Shown piece by piece: positions 46,988 to 61,251 of a stretch of DNA of 64,000 nucleotides (position 1 is its first letter; the number at the start of each line of letters is the position of its first letter). Origin of the DNA: Escherichia phage HMD-9. Location: sequence record PV287714.1; one strand, 5' to 3'. Position numbers and translations under genes: made by a program. The notes beneath the pieces are model-generated. The model saw only the letters and a program-made list of their open reading frames with translations. It was not told the origin of the DNA and made no database searches.

Positions 46988-48970
46988 ATGGCAAATACCC
47001 CTGTAAATTATCAATTAACAAGAACAGCAAATGCTATTCCCGAGATATTCGTCGGGGGTACATTTGCTGAAATAAAACAAAACCTCATTGAATGGCTTAA
47101 TGGCCAAAATGAATTTTTGGATTATGATTTTGAAGGCTCAAGATTAAACGTTCTGTGTGACCTTTTAGCTTATAATACGCTGTACATTCAACAGTTTGGT
47201 AATGCTGCTGTGTATGAAAGCTTTATGCGTACTGCTAACTTACGTAGTTCAGTAGTTCAAGCGGCGCAAGATAATGGATATTTACCTACTTCAAAATCCG
47301 CTGCGCAGACCGAAATTATGTTAACATGCACCGACGCATTGAATAGAAATTACATTACTATTCCTCGCGGTACTCGCTTTTTAGCATATGCAAAAGATAC
47401 TTCCGTTAATCCTTACAACTTTGTATCTACCGAAGATGTTATTGCTATTCGCGATAAAAATAACCAGTATTTTCCGCGTTTAAAATTGGCCCAGGGACGT
47501 ATAGTAAGAACTGAAATCATTTATGATAAATTAACACCTATTATCATTTATGATAAAAATATTGATAGAAACCAGGTTAAATTATATGTTGATGGAGCGG
47601 AATGGATTAACTGGACGAGAAAGTCAATGGTTCATGCTGGTTCAACATCAACGATTTACTATATGCGTGAAACTATTGATGGAAACACTGAATTCTATTT
47701 TGGTGAAGGTGAAATTTCTGTTAATGCTTCTGAAGGAGCTTTGACCGCTAATTATATCGGAGGTCTTAAACCTACTCAGAACTCTACGATTGTTATTGAG
47801 TACATCAGTACTAATGGTGCTGACGCGAACGGAGCAGTCGGATTTTCATATGCAGATACATTAACAAATATAACTGTCATCAATATTAATGAAAATCCAA
47901 ACGATGACCCAGATTTTGTTGGGGCAGATGGCGGCGGTGATCCGGAAGATATTGAGCGTATTCGCGAATTGGGTACTATTAAACGCGAAACCCAGCAACG
48001 CTGCGTAACTGCAACTGACTATGATACATTCGTTTCAGAAAGATTTGGTTCTATTATTCAAGCAGTTCAGACTTTCACTGATTCTACTAAACCTGGCTAT
48101 GCATTTATTGCTGCTAAACCTAAATCAGGTCTGTATTTAACTACCGTACAGCGCGAAGATATTAAAAATTATCTCAAAGACTATAATTTAGCTCCTATTA
48201 CGCCATCAATTATTTCTCCTAATTATCTTTTTATTAAGACTAATTTAAAAGTCACATATGCTTTAAATAAGCTGCAAGAATCCGAACAGTGGCTCGAAGG
48301 TCAAATAATTGATAAAATTGATCGTTATTATACCGAAGATGTAGAAATTTTTAATTCGTCTTTCGCTAAATCTAAGATGTTGACGTATGTAGATGATGCA
48401 GATCATTCTATCATTGGTTCATCAGCGACAATTCAAATTGTTCGTGAAGTACAAAACTTCTATAAAACGCCTGAAGCGGGTATTAAATACAATAATCAAA
48501 TAAAAGATCGTTCTATGGAATCTAATACGTTTTCATTTAATTCTGGACGAAAAGTTGTAAATCCTGATACTGGTTTAGAAAAAGATGTATTATATGACGT
48601 TCGCATAGTATCAACAGACCGAGATTCTAAAGGAATTGGTAAAGTTATTATTGGTCCATTTGCTTCTGGCGATGTTACAGAAAATGAAAACATTCAGCCG
48701 TATACAGGCAACGATTTTAACAAATTAGCAAATTCTGATGGACGCGACAAATACTATGTTATCGGTGAAATAAATTATCCAGCTGATGTGATTTATTGGA
48801 ATATCGCTAAAATTAATTTAACATCTGAAAAATTTGAAGTTCAAACTATTGAATTATATTCTGACCCAACCGATGATGTTATCTTTACTCGCGATGGTTC
48901 ACTGATTGTATTTGAAAATGACTTACGTCCACAATACTTAACTATCGATTTGGAGCCTATATCACAATGA
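46988..48970 (+). CDS. 6: baseplate wedge protein gp6
   Basis: 660 aa; T4 size and synteny. Confidence 0.93.
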   Translation: MANTPVNYQLTRTANAIPEIFVGGTFAEIKQNLIEWLNGQNEFLDYDFEGSRLNVLCDLLAYNTLYIQQFGNAAVYESFMRTANLRSSVVQAAQDNGYLPTSKSAAQTEIMLTCTDALNRNYITIPRGTRFLAYAKDTSVNPYNFVSTEDVIAIRDKNNQYFPRLKLAQGRIVRTEIIYDKLTPIIIYDKNIDRNQVKLYVDGAEWINWTRKSMVHAGSTSTIYYMRETIDGNTEFYFGEGEISVNASEGALTANYIGGLKPTQNSTIVIEYISTNGADANGAVGFSYADTLTNITVININENPNDDPDFVGADGGGDPEDIERIRELGTIKRETQQRCVTATDYDTFVSERFGSIIQAVQTFTDSTKPGYAFIAAKPKSGLYLTTVQREDIKNYLKDYNLAPITPSIISPNYLFIKTNLKVTYALNKLQESEQWLEGQIIDKIDRYYTEDVEIFNSSFAKSKMLTYVDDADHSIIGSSATIQIVREVQNFYKTPEAGIKYNNQIKDRSMESNTFSFNSGRKVVNPDTGLEKDVLYDVRIVSTDRDSKGIGKVIIGPFASGDVTENENIQPYTGNDFNKLANSDGRDKYYVIGEINYPADVIYWNIAKINLTSEKFEVQTIELYSDPTDDVIFTRDGSLIVFENDLRPQYLTIDLEPISQ

Positions 48971-51900
48971 CAGTAAAAGCACCTTCAGTCACTAGTCTCA
49001 GAATTTCCAAGTTATCCGCAAATCAGGTGCAAGTACGCTGGGATGACGTTGGTGCTAATTTCTACTATTTTGTAGAAATCGCTGAGACAAAAACAGACTC
49101 GGGGGAAAATCTCCCGAGTGATCAATATCGTTGGATTAATTTAGGGTATACAGCAAATAATAGTTTCTTTTTTGATGATGCTGATCCACTGACATCATAT
49201 GTTATTAGAGTAGCTACGGCGGCTCAAGATTTTGAGCAGTCTGACTGGATTTATACCGAAGAGTTTGAAACTTTTGCTACGAATGCTTACACATTTCAAA
49301 ATATGATTGAAATGCAATTAGCTAATAAATTCATTCAGGAAAAGTTCACTCTTAATAATTCTGATTATGTTAATTTTAATAATGACACCATAATGGCTGC
49401 ATTGATGAATGAATCATTCCAGTTCAGCCCATCGTATGTTGATGTCTCATCAATTAGTAATTTTATTATTGGTGAAAATGAGTATCATGAAATACAAGGT
49501 TCTATTCAGCAAGTATGTAAGGATATTAACCGAGTTTATTTGATGGAATCAGAAGGGATTCTATATCTTTTTGAGCGTTATCAACCTGTAGTTAAAGTAT
49601 CTAATGATAAAGGACAAACTTGGAAAGCTGTAAAGCTCTTCAATGACCGCGTAGGATATCCTTTATCTAAGACTGTATATTACCAATCTGCGAACACAAC
49701 ATATGTTCTAGGATACGACAAGATTTTCTACGGCCGCAAATCTACTGATGTTAGATGGTCAGCTGATGATGTCAGATTTAGTTCGCAGGATATAACATTC
49801 GCTAAACTTGGAGATCAACTTCATTTGGGATTTGATGTTGAAATATTTGGTACTTATGCTACATTACCAGCGAATGTATACCGCATTGCAGAAGCTATTA
49901 CTTGCACTGATGATTACATTTACGTTGTCGCCAGAGACAAAGTTAGATACATAAAAACGAGTAATGCACCTATAGATTCTGACCCATTATCTCCAACATA
50001 TTCGGAAAGGCTATTTGAACCTGATACGATGACTATAACTGGAAATCCTAAAGCAGTATGTTATAAAATGGATTCTGTCGGTGATAAAGTTTTTGCTCTT
50101 ATTATTGGTGAAGTTGAAACATTAAATGCTAATCCTAGAACATCAAAAATAATTGATTCTGCTGATAAAGGAATATATGTTTTAAATCATGACACGAAAA
50201 CATGGAAAAGAGTTTTTGGCAACACTGAAGAAGAAAGAAGACGTATTCAACCGGGATATGCGAATATGTCAACTGATGGTAAATTAGTTTCTCTATCTTC
50301 GAGTAATTTTAAATTTTTAAGTGATAATATTGTTAATGACCCTGAAACTGTGGTGAAGTATCAGTTAATCGGTGCTGTTAAATATGAATTTCCTCGTGAA
50401 TGGCTAGCTGATAAGCATTATCATATGATGGCATTTATAGCAGATGAAAAATCTGATTGGGAAACTTTTACACCTCAGCCGATGAAATACTATGCAGAAC
50501 CATTCTTTAACTGGTCTAAAAAATCTAACACACGCTGTTGGATAAACAACTCTGATAGAGCTGTAGTAGTTTATGCTGATTTAAAATACACCAAAGTTAT
50601 AGAAAATATTCCGGAAACATCACCAGATAGATTAGTTCATGAATACTGGGATGATGGTGATTGCACGATAGTAATGCCAAATGTTAAATTCACGGGATTT
50701 AAAAAATACGCGTCTGGGATGCTTTTTTATAAATCTTCTGGTGAAATAATTTCTTACTATGATTTTAACTATCGAGTGAGAGACACGGTTGAAATAATTT
50801 GGAAGCCAACTGGAATATTTTTAAAAGCATTTTTACAAAACCAAGAGCGTGAAACTCCTTGGTCGCCTGAAGAAGAGCGTGGATTAGCTGACCCTGATTT
50901 AAGACCATTGATTGGCACAATGATGCCTGATTCTTATTTGTTACAGGATTCGAATTTTGAGGCATTTTGCGAAGCATATATTCAGTATCTTTCTGATGGA
51001 TATGGAACTCAGTATAACAATTTACGAAATTTAATTCGTAACAAATATCCACGAGAAGAGCATGCGTGGGAATATTTGTGGTCAGAGATATATAAAAGAA
51101 ACATTTATTTAAATGCTGACAAACGTGATGCTGTTGCAAGATTTTTCGAATCACGTAGCTATGATTTTTATTCTACTAAAGGAATTGAAGCATCATATAA
51201 ATTTCTTTTTAAAGTTCTTTATAATGAAGAAGTTGAAATTGAAATCGAATCTGGGGCTGGTACTGAATATGATATAATCGTTCAATCCGATTCTTTGACT
51301 GAAGATTTAGTAGGACAAACGATTTATACAGCCACAGGAAGATGTAATGTTACTTATATAGAAAGAAGTTATTCTAACGGTAAATTGCAATGGACCGTAA
51401 CTATTCATAATCTTTTGGGAAGATTAATTGCCGGTCAAGAAGTTAAAGCAGAAAGACTTCCTAGTTTTGAAGGCGAAATTATTCGTGGGGTTAAAGGAAA
51501 GGATTTGCTTCAAAATAATATAGACTATATTAATAGAAGTAGATCATACTATGTAATGAAAATTAAATCCAATTTACCTTCTTCCCGCTGGAAATCTGAC
51601 GTTATTCGTTTTGTTCATCCAGTAGGATTTGGATTTATAGCAATTACTCTTTTAACAATGTTTATTAATGTTGGTTTAACTCTTAAACATACAGAGACTA
51701 TAATTAATAAATACAAAAACTATAAATGGGATTCTGGATTGCCTACTGAATATGCTGATAGAGTAGCTAAATTAACTCCAACCAGTGAAATTGAGCATGA
51801 TTCAGTAACAGGCGAAGCAATTTATGAACCTGGCCCAATGGCTAGTGTAGAATATCCTCTTCCTGATGACTATAATGCTGAAAATAATAATTCAATATTT

Positions 51901-52065
51901 CAAGGTCAATTGCCGTCTGAACGACGTAAATTAATGAGTCCTCTATTTGATGCATCTGGAACAACATTTGCGCAATTTAGGGATTTAGTTAATAAGCGTC
52001 TAAAAGATAATATAGGAAATCCAAGAGACCCTGAAAATCCAACACAGGTTAAAATAGATGAATGA
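48967..52065 (+). CDS. 7: baseplate wedge protein gp7
   Basis: 1032 aa; T4 size and synteny; ATGA overlap with gp6. Confidence 0.93.
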   Translation: MTVKAPSVTSLRISKLSANQVQVRWDDVGANFYYFVEIAETKTDSGENLPSDQYRWINLGYTANNSFFFDDADPLTSYVIRVATAAQDFEQSDWIYTEEFETFATNAYTFQNMIEMQLANKFIQEKFTLNNSDYVNFNNDTIMAALMNESFQFSPSYVDVSSISNFIIGENEYHEIQGSIQQVCKDINRVYLMESEGILYLFERYQPVVKVSNDKGQTWKAVKLFNDRVGYPLSKTVYYQSANTTYVLGYDKIFYGRKSTDVRWSADDVRFSSQDITFAKLGDQLHLGFDVEIFGTYATLPANVYRIAEAITCTDDYIYVVARDKVRYIKTSNAPIDSDPLSPTYSERLFEPDTMTITGNPKAVCYKMDSVGDKVFALIIGEVETLNANPRTSKIIDSADKGIYVLNHDTKTWKRVFGNTEEERRRIQPGYANMSTDGKLVSLSSSNFKFLSDNIVNDPETVVKYQLIGAVKYEFPREWLADKHYHMMAFIADEKSDWETFTPQPMKYYAEPFFNWSKKSNTRCWINNSDRAVVVYADLKYTKVIENIPETSPDRLVHEYWDDGDCTIVMPNVKFTGFKKYASGMLFYKSSGEIISYYDFNYRVRDTVEIIWKPTGIFLKAFLQNQERETPWSPEEERGLADPDLRPLIGTMMPDSYLLQDSNFEAFCEAYIQYLSDGYGTQYNNLRNLIRNKYPREEHAWEYLWSEIYKRNIYLNADKRDAVARFFESRSYDFYSTKGIEASYKFLFKVLYNEEVEIEIESGAGTEYDIIVQSDSLTEDLVGQTIYTATGRCNVTYIERSYSNGKLQWTVTIHNLLGRLIAGQEVKAERLPSFEGEIIRGVKGKDLLQNNIDYINRSRSYYVMKIKSNLPSSRWKSDVIRFVHPVGFGFIAITLLTMFINVGLTLKHTETIINKYKNYKWDSGLPTEYADRVAKLTPTSEIEHDSVTGEAIYEPGPMASVEYPLPDDYNAENNNSIFQGQLPSERRKLMSPLFDASGTTFAQFRDLVNKRLKDNIGNPRDPENPTQVKIDE

Positions 52066-53062
52066 TTCAAGTGTTATCTATCGTGCGATAGTTACTTCAA
52101 AATTTAGAACAGAAAAAATGTTGAATTTTTATAATTCAATTGGAAGTGGTCCGGATAAAAACACTATCTTTATTACATTTGGAAGATCAGAACCGTGGTC
52201 ATCAAACGAAAATGAGGTGGGATTTGCCCCACCTTATCCCACCGATTCTGTGTTAGGTGTAACTGACATGTGGACTCATATGATGGGAACCGTGAAGGTT
52301 CTTCCATCTATGCTTGATGCAGTTATTCCTCGTCGAGATTGGGGAGATACTAGATATCCAGATCCATACACATTTAGAATTAACGATATTGTAGTGTGTA
52401 ACTCAGCTCCTTACAACGCTACCGAATCAGGCGCAGGCTGGTTAGTATATCGTTGTTTAGATGTTCCTGATACTGGAATGTGCTCAATTGAGTCTTTAAC
52501 TAATAAGGATGAATGCCTTAAGCTAGGTGGAAAATGGACTCCTTCTGTTAGGTCAATGACTCCTCCTGAAGGTCGAGGAGACGCGGAAGGAACAATCGAA
52601 CCTGGAGACGGGTATGTATGGGAATATCTTTTTGAGATTCCGCCTGATGTATCTATAAATAGATGCACGAATGAATATATCGTGGTTCCTTGGCCGGAAG
52701 AATTAAAAGAAGACCCGACTAGATGGGGGTATGAAGATAACCTCACTTGGCAACAAGATGATTTTGGATTAATTTACCGGGTTAAGGCAAATACTATTCG
52801 TTTTAAAGCATACTTAGATTCAGTTTATTTTCCTGAAGCTGCATTGCCAGGAAATAAAGGATTTAGACAAATATCGATAATCACGAATCCTCTTGAAGCT
52901 AAAGTTCATCCAAATGACCCAAACGTTAAAGCTGAAAAGGATTACTATGATCCGGAAGATTTAATGAGGCATTCGGGCGAAATGATTTATATGGAAAATA
53001 GGCCACCTATTATTATGGCAATGGATCAAACGGAAGAAATCAATATTCTGTTTACATTTTAA
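52058..53062 (+). CDS. 8: baseplate wedge protein gp8
   Basis: 334 aa; T4 size and synteny. Confidence 0.92.
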   Translation: MNDSSVIYRAIVTSKFRTEKMLNFYNSIGSGPDKNTIFITFGRSEPWSSNENEVGFAPPYPTDSVLGVTDMWTHMMGTVKVLPSMLDAVIPRRDWGDTRYPDPYTFRINDIVVCNSAPYNATESGAGWLVYRCLDVPDTGMCSIESLTNKDECLKLGGKWTPSVRSMTPPEGRGDAEGTIEPGDGYVWEYLFEIPPDVSINRCTNEYIVVPWPEELKEDPTRWGYEDNLTWQQDDFGLIYRVKANTIRFKAYLDSVYFPEAALPGNKGFRQISIITNPLEAKVHPNDPNVKAEKDYYDPEDLMRHSGEMIYMENRPPIIMAMDQTEEINILFTF

Positions 53063-53067
53063 ATTAA

Positions 53068-53093
53068 GGGAGCCCATGGGCTCCCTTTTTCTT
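53068..53093 (+). terminator. rho-independent terminator after gene 8
   Basis: GGGAGCCC-au-GGGCUCCC stem followed by UUUUUCUUU. Confidence 0.65.
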
Positions 53094-53101
53094 TATAAAT
53101 A
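53094..53101 (+). promoter_or_regulatory. T4 late promoter box TATAAATA for gene 9
   Basis: tataaata at 53094-53101, 24 nt upstream of ATG 53126. Confidence 0.65.
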
Positions 53102-53125
53102 CTATAAACTCATAAGGAAACCGCT

Positions 53126-53992
53126 ATGTTCATTCAAGAACCAAAGAAATTGATTGATACCGGCGAAATTGGTAACGCTTCTACTGGTGATATCTTATTC
53201 GACGGTGGTAATAAAATTAATAGTGATTTTAATGCAATTTATAACGCGTTTGGCGATCAGCGTAAAATGGCAGTAGCAAATGGTACTGGTGCTGACGGCC
53301 AAATTATTCATGCTACTGGATATTATCAAAAGCATTCTATCACAGAGTACGCAACTCCGGTGAAAGTTGGTACTAGACATGATATTGATACCTCTACTGT
53401 TGGTGTTAAAGTTATCATTGAAAGAGGAGAACTCGGTGACTGTGTTGAATTCATTAATTCTAACGGATCAATATCAGTTACTAATCCTTTAACAATTCAA
53501 GCCATTGATTCAATTAAAGGTGTTTCGGGTAATTTGGTAGTAACTAGACCATATAGTAAAGTAACTTTGCGCTGTATTTCATCTGATAATTCTACGTCAG
53601 TTTGGAATTATTCTATTGAAAGTATGTTTGGCCAAAAGGAATCACCGGCTGAAGGTACATGGAATATTTCTACATCTGGGTCAGTTGACATTCCATTATT
53701 TCATCGTACTGAATATAACATGGCTAAATTGTTAGTTACTTGCCAATCGGTAGATGGAAGAAAAATTAAAACATCAGAAATAAATATTCTTGTAGATACT
53801 GTTAATTCAGCGGTCATTTCTTCTGAATATGCTGTCATGCGGGTTGGGAATGAAACCGAAGAAGACGAAATCGCTAATATTGCATTTAGTATTAAAGAAA
53901 ATTATGTAACGGCGACTATAAGTTCTTCAACTGTCGGTATGAGAGCAGCAGTTAAAGTTATCACTACGCAGAAAATCGGGGTGGCTCAATAA
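53126..53992 (+). CDS. 9: baseplate wedge / long-tail-fibre socket protein gp9
   Basis: 288 aa; MFIQEPKKLIDTGEIGNASTGDILFDGGNKINSDFNAIY matches recalled T4 gp9. Confidence 0.93.
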   Translation: MFIQEPKKLIDTGEIGNASTGDILFDGGNKINSDFNAIYNAFGDQRKMAVANGTGADGQIIHATGYYQKHSITEYATPVKVGTRHDIDTSTVGVKVIIERGELGDCVEFINSNGSISVTNPLTIQAIDSIKGVSGNLVVTRPYSKVTLRCISSDNSTSVWNYSIESMFGQKESPAEGTWNISTSGSVDIPLFHRTEYNMAKLLVTCQSVDGRKIKTSEINILVDTVNSAVISSEYAVMRVGNETEEDEIANIAFSIKENYVTATISSSTVGMRAAVKVITTQKIGVAQ

Positions 53993-55797
53993 TGAAACAA
54001 AATATTAATATCGGTAATGTTGTTGATGATGGTACCGGTGACTACCTGCGTAAAGGTGGTATAAAAATAAATGAAAACTTTGATGAACTTTATTATGAAC
54101 TTGGTGATGGAGATGTTCCATATTCAGCCGGTGCCTGGAAAACTTATGATGCTTCATCTGGACAAACACTAACGGCAGAATGGGGAAAATCATACGCTAT
54201 TAATACCTCTTCTGGAAGAGTAACTCTACAACTTCCTAAAGGAACTGTTAATGATTACAACAAGGTAATTAGAGCCAGGGATGTATTTGCAACGTGGAAC
54301 ATCAATCCAGTTACACTAGTAGCTGCTTCCGGAGATACAATTAAAGGGTCGTCATCGTCAGTTGAAATTAATATTCAATTTAGTGATTTAGAGCTCGTTT
54401 ATTGCGCTCCAGGACGTTGGGAATATGTCAAAAATAAACAAATTGACAAAATTATTAGTTCAGATATTAGTAATGTAGCTCGCAAAGAATTTTTAGTCGA
54501 AGTTCAAGGGCAAACAGACTTTTTAGATGTTTTCAATGGAACTAGTTATAATGTCAATAACATCAGAGTAAAACATCGTGGTAACGAATTGTATTACGGT
54601 GATGTATTTAGCGAAAATAGTGACTTTGGCTCTCCTGGAGAAAATGAAGGTGAATTAGTTCCTCTTGATGGATTTAACATTCGATTAAGACAGCCTTGTA
54701 ATATTGGTGACACCGTTCAAATTGAAACATTTATGGATGGTGTATCACAATGGAGAAGTTCATATACAAGACGCCAAATAAAAGTACTGGATTCAAAACT
54801 AACGTCAAAGACTTCTTTAGAAGGAAGTATTTACGTTACTGATTTATCGACGATGAAATCAATTCCATTCTCTGCATTTGGATTAATTCCTGGTGAACCC
54901 ATTAATCCTAATTCTCTTGAGGTTCGTTTTAATGGAATTTTACAGCAGCAGGCTGGAACCGCTGGACATCCTCTGTTTTTGTGTGAAGGCGCTAGTTCAG
55001 ATACGCGAGAAGGTTGTATATCTCTTGGTGGTGAATGGAAAGAATCAAACACAGATTATTCTATAGAATATGAAGATGGAAAACCTACCAGTCTTTTATT
55101 TGATAGAAAATTTGAATCAGGTGATATAATCGTTATAACGTGGTTCAATAATGATTTAGGAACTCTTTTAGAAAAAGATGACATTATTGAATTAACGGAT
55201 GACCGTTATGTTAGCAAAGGATCATCCACCGAAGTTACTGGTGATGTAGCCTTAACAGATTTTGATAAAATCGGTTGGCCAAATGTTGAAAAAGTTGATT
55301 CTTATACTAGAATGTATAATTCAATATCATCTATTTTCGACAGCATTTATCCTGTTGGTTCAATTTATGAAAATGCTATAAATCCAAATAATCCGGTGAC
55401 TTATATGGGATTTGGTTCATGGAAATTATTTGGTAAAGGACAAGTTTTAGTAGGATGGAATGATGATGTTACGGATCCAAACTTTGCTTTAAACAATAAT
55501 GATTTAGATTCTAGCGGAAATCCTTCACATACTGCCGGTGGAACAGTTGGAACAACATCAGTAACGCTTGAAAACGCAAATCTTCCTGCGACTAAAACCG
55601 ATGAAAGAGTTTTAATTGAAGATGAAAACGGATCAGTTATTATTGGAGGTTGCCAATATGACCCAGATGAAACTGGTCCTATATATACAAAATACCGTGA
55701 AGATTACGCAACAACAAACTCTTCACATACTCCTCCTGCTAATATTAGTAATATTCAACCGTCTATTACTGTATACCGTTGGATAAGGATTGCATAA
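53992..55797 (+). CDS. 10: baseplate wedge protein gp10
   Basis: 601 aa; T4 synteny. Confidence 0.92.
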   Translation: MKQNINIGNVVDDGTGDYLRKGGIKINENFDELYYELGDGDVPYSAGAWKTYDASSGQTLTAEWGKSYAINTSSGRVTLQLPKGTVNDYNKVIRARDVFATWNINPVTLVAASGDTIKGSSSSVEINIQFSDLELVYCAPGRWEYVKNKQIDKIISSDISNVARKEFLVEVQGQTDFLDVFNGTSYNVNNIRVKHRGNELYYGDVFSENSDFGSPGENEGELVPLDGFNIRLRQPCNIGDTVQIETFMDGVSQWRSSYTRRQIKVLDSKLTSKTSLEGSIYVTDLSTMKSIPFSAFGLIPGEPINPNSLEVRFNGILQQQAGTAGHPLFLCEGASSDTREGCISLGGEWKESNTDYSIEYEDGKPTSLLFDRKFESGDIIVITWFNNDLGTLLEKDDIIELTDDRYVSKGSSTEVTGDVALTDFDKIGWPNVEKVDSYTRMYNSISSIFDSIYPVGSIYENAINPNNPVTYMGFGSWKLFGKGQVLVGWNDDVTDPNFALNNNDLDSSGNPSHTAGGTVGTTSVTLENANLPATKTDERVLIEDENGSVIIGGCQYDPDETGPIYTKYREDYATTNSSHTPPANISNIQPSITVYRWIRIA

Positions 55798-56456
55798 TGA
55801 GTTTACTTAATAATAAAGCGGGAGTTATTTCCCGCTTAGCAGATTTTCTTGGTTTTAGAACTAAGAAAAATGATATTTCGGTTATGAATAATCAGCCAGT
55901 AGGCGCTGTAACAATTTCACAAATAGCAAAAGGGTTTTATGACCCAAATGTAGAATCTGCTATCAATGATGTTAGAAATATGGCAGAGCAACAAGTTGGA
56001 GCTGTATTAGTTAATATAAGCGGCGTATCTCCTACTGGCGTGCAGCAAACAGACTATTGGTCATTTGAAGGAACTGTTACTGATACTTCAGCCAAACCGG
56101 GTGACCCAGTTATTGTTAACATGTTTGGCATTCCTGTTAAAGCTACTAACGGAATGACTTCAATCGAATTTACCAGTGCCGTTAGAACAGCTCTGCAGGA
56201 AATGGTTGCAAAATTTATTGCAATTGATTCATTTGAAGACCATCCTACCATAGGAAATAAAATACAAGTTAAGTATTTAGATAACCAAGAACATATCTTA
56301 GAACAATACTCTGATAAAGGAATTACTTTCAAACAAGAAATAATTTCTCCTTCTAAACCTGGATACGGAACTTGGCAATTATTAGGTGCGCAAACTGTTA
56401 CGCTAGATAGTCACACACAACCTACAGTATTTTATTATTTTGAGAGAATAGCATGA
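55797..56456 (+). CDS. 11: baseplate wedge / short-tail-fibre attachment protein gp11
   Basis: 219 aa from ATG 55797 (TAATG overlap with gp10 stop); ORF track frame 55779..56456. Confidence 0.88.
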   Translation: MSLLNNKAGVISRLADFLGFRTKKNDISVMNNQPVGAVTISQIAKGFYDPNVESAINDVRNMAEQQVGAVLVNISGVSPTGVQQTDYWSFEGTVTDTSAKPGDPVIVNMFGIPVKATNGMTSIEFTSAVRTALQEMVAKFIAIDSFEDHPTIGNKIQVKYLDNQEHILEQYSDKGITFKQEIISPSKPGYGTWQLLGAQTVTLDSHTQPTVFYYFERIA

Positions 56457-58009
56457 GTAACAATACATATCAGCACGTATCAAATGAATCAAAATATGTT
56501 AAATTCGATCCAGTAGGATCGAATTTTCCTGACACTGTCACGACAGTGCAGTCTGCATTATCAAAAATAAGTAATATCGGCGTAAATGGTATTCCTGATG
56601 CAACTATGGAAGTTAAAGGAATAGCAATGATTGCGTCAGAGCAAGAGGTTTTAGATGGAACTAATAATTCTAAAATCGTTACACCAGCTACATTAGCAAC
56701 AAGACTATTGTATCCAAATGCTACTGAAACTAAGTATGGTTTAACGCGCTATTCAACAAATGAAGAAACATTAGAAGGCTCAGATAATAATTCATCAATA
56801 ACGCCGCAAAAACTGAAATACCATACTGACGATGTGTTCCAAAATAGATATTCGTCTGAGTCATCAAACGGGGTTATTAAAATATCATCTACACCTGCAG
56901 CTTTAGCTGGAGTTGATGATACTACGGCAATGACTCCATTAAAAACGCAAAAACTTGCAATAAAATTAATTTCACAAATAGCTCCTTCCGAAGATACTGC
57001 ATCAGAATCTGTGAGAGGTGTAGTTCAATTATCTACTGTTGCGCAAACTCGTCAAGGAACTCTCCGCGAAGGATATGCAATTTCTCCGTATACCTTTATG
57101 AATTCTGTTGCAACACAAGAATATAAGGGTGTTATACGTTTAGGAACACAATCGGAAATTAACAGTAATTTGGGAGATGTTGCAGTAACGGGCGAAACAC
57201 TAAATGGTCGAGGAGCTACTGGTTCTATGCGTGGAGTAGTTAAATTAACGACGCAAGCCGGTATTGCCCCTGAAGGTGATAGCTCTGGAGCATTAGCATG
57301 GAACGCAGATGTAATTAATACTCGTGGTGGACAAACTATTAATGGTTCTTTAAATTTAGACCATCTTACAGCAAATGGAATTTGGTCACGCGGCGGTATG
57401 TGGAAAAATGGCGATCAACCTGTTGCCACTGAAAGATATGCGTCCGAAAGGGTTCCAGTTGGAACTATTATGATGTTTGCGGGTGATTCAGCACCTCCGG
57501 GTTGGGTTATGTGCCACGGCGGAACCGTGTCAGGAGATCAATATCCTGATTATAGAAACACAGTTGGAACAAGATTTGGTGGTGATTGGAATAACCCTGG
57601 CATTCCTGATATGCGAGGTCTTTTCGTCAGAGGAGCTGGCACAGGAGGTCATATTTTAAATCAACGAGGACAAGATGGTTACGGGAAGGATAGACTTGGT
57701 GTAGGATGTGACGGAATGCATGTTGGTGGTGTTCAGGCACAACAAATGTCATACCATAAACATGTTGGTGCCTGGGGGGAAAATGGAAATAACAGAGGTT
57801 ATGCACCGTTTGGCGCATCTAATGGCAATGGATATTTAGGCAATGGTAGAAGCGCCGACTGGGACAACCATTTGTTCTTTACTAACGACGGATTTGAAAT
57901 GGGTGGTGCTCGTGACTCGTTTGGCACGTTAAACCGTGAAGGATTAATTGGTTATGAAACTAGACCATGGAATATATCATTAAACTATATTATTAAAATT
58001 CATTACTAA
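56453..58009 (+). CDS. 12: short tail fibre protein gp12
   Basis: 518 aa; N-terminus [13 protein letters not shown] matches recalled T4 gp12, C-terminal half diverged. Confidence 0.93.
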   Translation: MSNNTYQHVSNESKYVKFDPVGSNFPDTVTTVQSALSKISNIGVNGIPDATMEVKGIAMIASEQEVLDGTNNSKIVTPATLATRLLYPNATETKYGLTRYSTNEETLEGSDNNSSITPQKLKYHTDDVFQNRYSSESSNGVIKISSTPAALAGVDDTTAMTPLKTQKLAIKLISQIAPSEDTASESVRGVVQLSTVAQTRQGTLREGYAISPYTFMNSVATQEYKGVIRLGTQSEINSNLGDVAVTGETLNGRGATGSMRGVVKLTTQAGIAPEGDSSGALAWNADVINTRGGQTINGSLNLDHLTANGIWSRGGMWKNGDQPVATERYASERVPVGTIMMFAGDSAPPGWVMCHGGTVSGDQYPDYRNTVGTRFGGDWNNPGIPDMRGLFVRGAGTGGHILNQRGQDGYGKDRLGVGCDGMHVGGVQAQQMSYHKHVGAWGENGNNRGYAPFGASNGNGYLGNGRSADWDNHLFFTNDGFEMGGARDSFGTLNREGLIGYETRPWNISLNYIIKIHY

Positions 58010-58018
58010 GGATTACAA

Positions 58019-59476
58019 ATGATTGAATTAAAAGAGTTACCTTTTGTTGATAGCGTTCCTGGCGAAGGCCAGGAACGTATTTCATGGATTAAAAACGGTG
58101 AAGAAATACTAGGAGCTAGTACTAAGTATGGAAGCGATGGGTCAATGAATAGACCAACTGTTTCCGTGTTTAAAAATGTCGAGGTTCTCGATGAAAATGT
58201 AGGAATTCTTAAAACTGCCATTGAAACATCTCAGGAAGATATTAAAACCATTCAAGGCATTTTAGATGTATCAGGAGATATAGAAGCACTATCACAGATC
58301 AGCATTAATAAAAATGATATATCAAATTTAAAGACACTCACGAATGAACACACTGATATATTAAATGGTACAAATACCACGGTTGATAATATTCTTTCTG
58401 ATATTGGTCCATTTAATTCGCAAGCAAATTCAGTTTATAGAACGATTAGAAATGATTTGTTATGGATTAAAAGGGAATTAGGACAATATACTGGGCAAGA
58501 CATTAATGGTCTTCCTGTTGTAGGAAATAGCAGCACGGGGATGAAGCACCGTATCATTAATAATACAGATGCTATAACTTCCCAAGGAATACGTCTAAGT
58601 GATTTGGAAGAAAAATTTATTGAATCTGATGTAGGTTCACTGACAATTGAAGTCGGAAATCTTAGACAAGAACTTGGACAAAGACCATCTTCATTCAGTG
58701 AAAGCATATATTCACGTGTGCATAATTTAGATCAATCTCAGATTAATCTTAGTTCCGAAATTAAATCTATCAAAACTTCTATTGGATATCCAGGAAATAC
58801 TTCAATAATCACAGATGTTAACACTAATACACGAGAAGTTTCAGCTTTAAATGATGAACTAAATAAAAGCGGAGGTATTAAACAACGATTGACTGTCATT
58901 GAAACGTCAATTGGCTCAGATGATATTCCTTCTAGTATTAAAGGTCAAATTAAAGATAATACCACATCAATTGAGTTTTTAAATGGAATTGTTGGTGAAA
59001 ACACTTCATCTGGACTACGAGCAAACGTTTCATGGCTAAACCAAATCGTTGGAACTGATTCTAGTGGAGGTCAGCCTTCTCCTCCTGGGTCTCTTTTAAA
59101 TAGGGTTTCAACTGTTGAAACTTCAGTTAATAGACTGAACAATGATGTTCAAAACTTACAAGTTGAAATTGGTAATAACACTACTGGAATTAAAGGCCAA
59201 GTTGTTGCACTAAATAAACTAGTAAGCGGCACAAATCCAAATGGTTCAACAGTAGAAGAGCGCGGATTAACTAATTCAATAAAAGCTAATGAAACTAACA
59301 TTTCTTCTATTAATCAAGAAATGCGTAATATTAAAAGTAATGTATCTTCATTACAGGGGGATGTTCAGACTTTACAGGAAGCAGGTTATATCCCTGAAGC
59401 TCCAAAAGATGGCCAAGCTTACGTTCGTAAAGACGGCGAATGGGTACTACTTTCTACCTTTTTATCACCAGCATAA
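58019..59476 (+). CDS. wac: fibritin (whisker antigen control)
   Basis: 485 aa coiled coil; C-terminal foldon [27 protein letters not shown]. Confidence 0.93.
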   Translation: MIELKELPFVDSVPGEGQERISWIKNGEEILGASTKYGSDGSMNRPTVSVFKNVEVLDENVGILKTAIETSQEDIKTIQGILDVSGDIEALSQISINKNDISNLKTLTNEHTDILNGTNTTVDNILSDIGPFNSQANSVYRTIRNDLLWIKRELGQYTGQDINGLPVVGNSSTGMKHRIINNTDAITSQGIRLSDLEEKFIESDVGSLTIEVGNLRQELGQRPSSFSESIYSRVHNLDQSQINLSSEIKSIKTSIGYPGNTSIITDVNTNTREVSALNDELNKSGGIKQRLTVIETSIGSDDIPSSIKGQIKDNTTSIEFLNGIVGENTSSGLRANVSWLNQIVGTDSSGGQPSPPGSLLNRVSTVETSVNRLNNDVQNLQVEIGNNTTGIKGQVVALNKLVSGTNPNGSTVEERGLTNSIKANETNISSINQEMRNIKSNVSSLQGDVQTLQEAGYIPEAPKDGQAYVRKDGEWVLLSTFLSPA

Positions 59477-59480
59477 CATG

Positions 59481-59494
59481 GGGCCGCAAGGCCC
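59481..59494 (+). other. GC stem-loop between wac and gene 13 (possible attenuator/RNA-stability element)
   Basis: GGGCC-gcaa-GGCCC; weak downstream U-run. Confidence 0.35.
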
Positions 59495-59508
59495 TAAAGG
59501 ATTTTTAA

Positions 59509-61210
<1,702 letters not shown>

Positions 61211-61251
61211 TAAATATTATAAACTAATTAAAGCCCAGATTAGGAGAAATC

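Noticed and set aside
61211-61251. Late promoter upstream of gene 15
   Set aside because: Sequence reads TATTATAAACTA, not the TATAAATA late box; no call made
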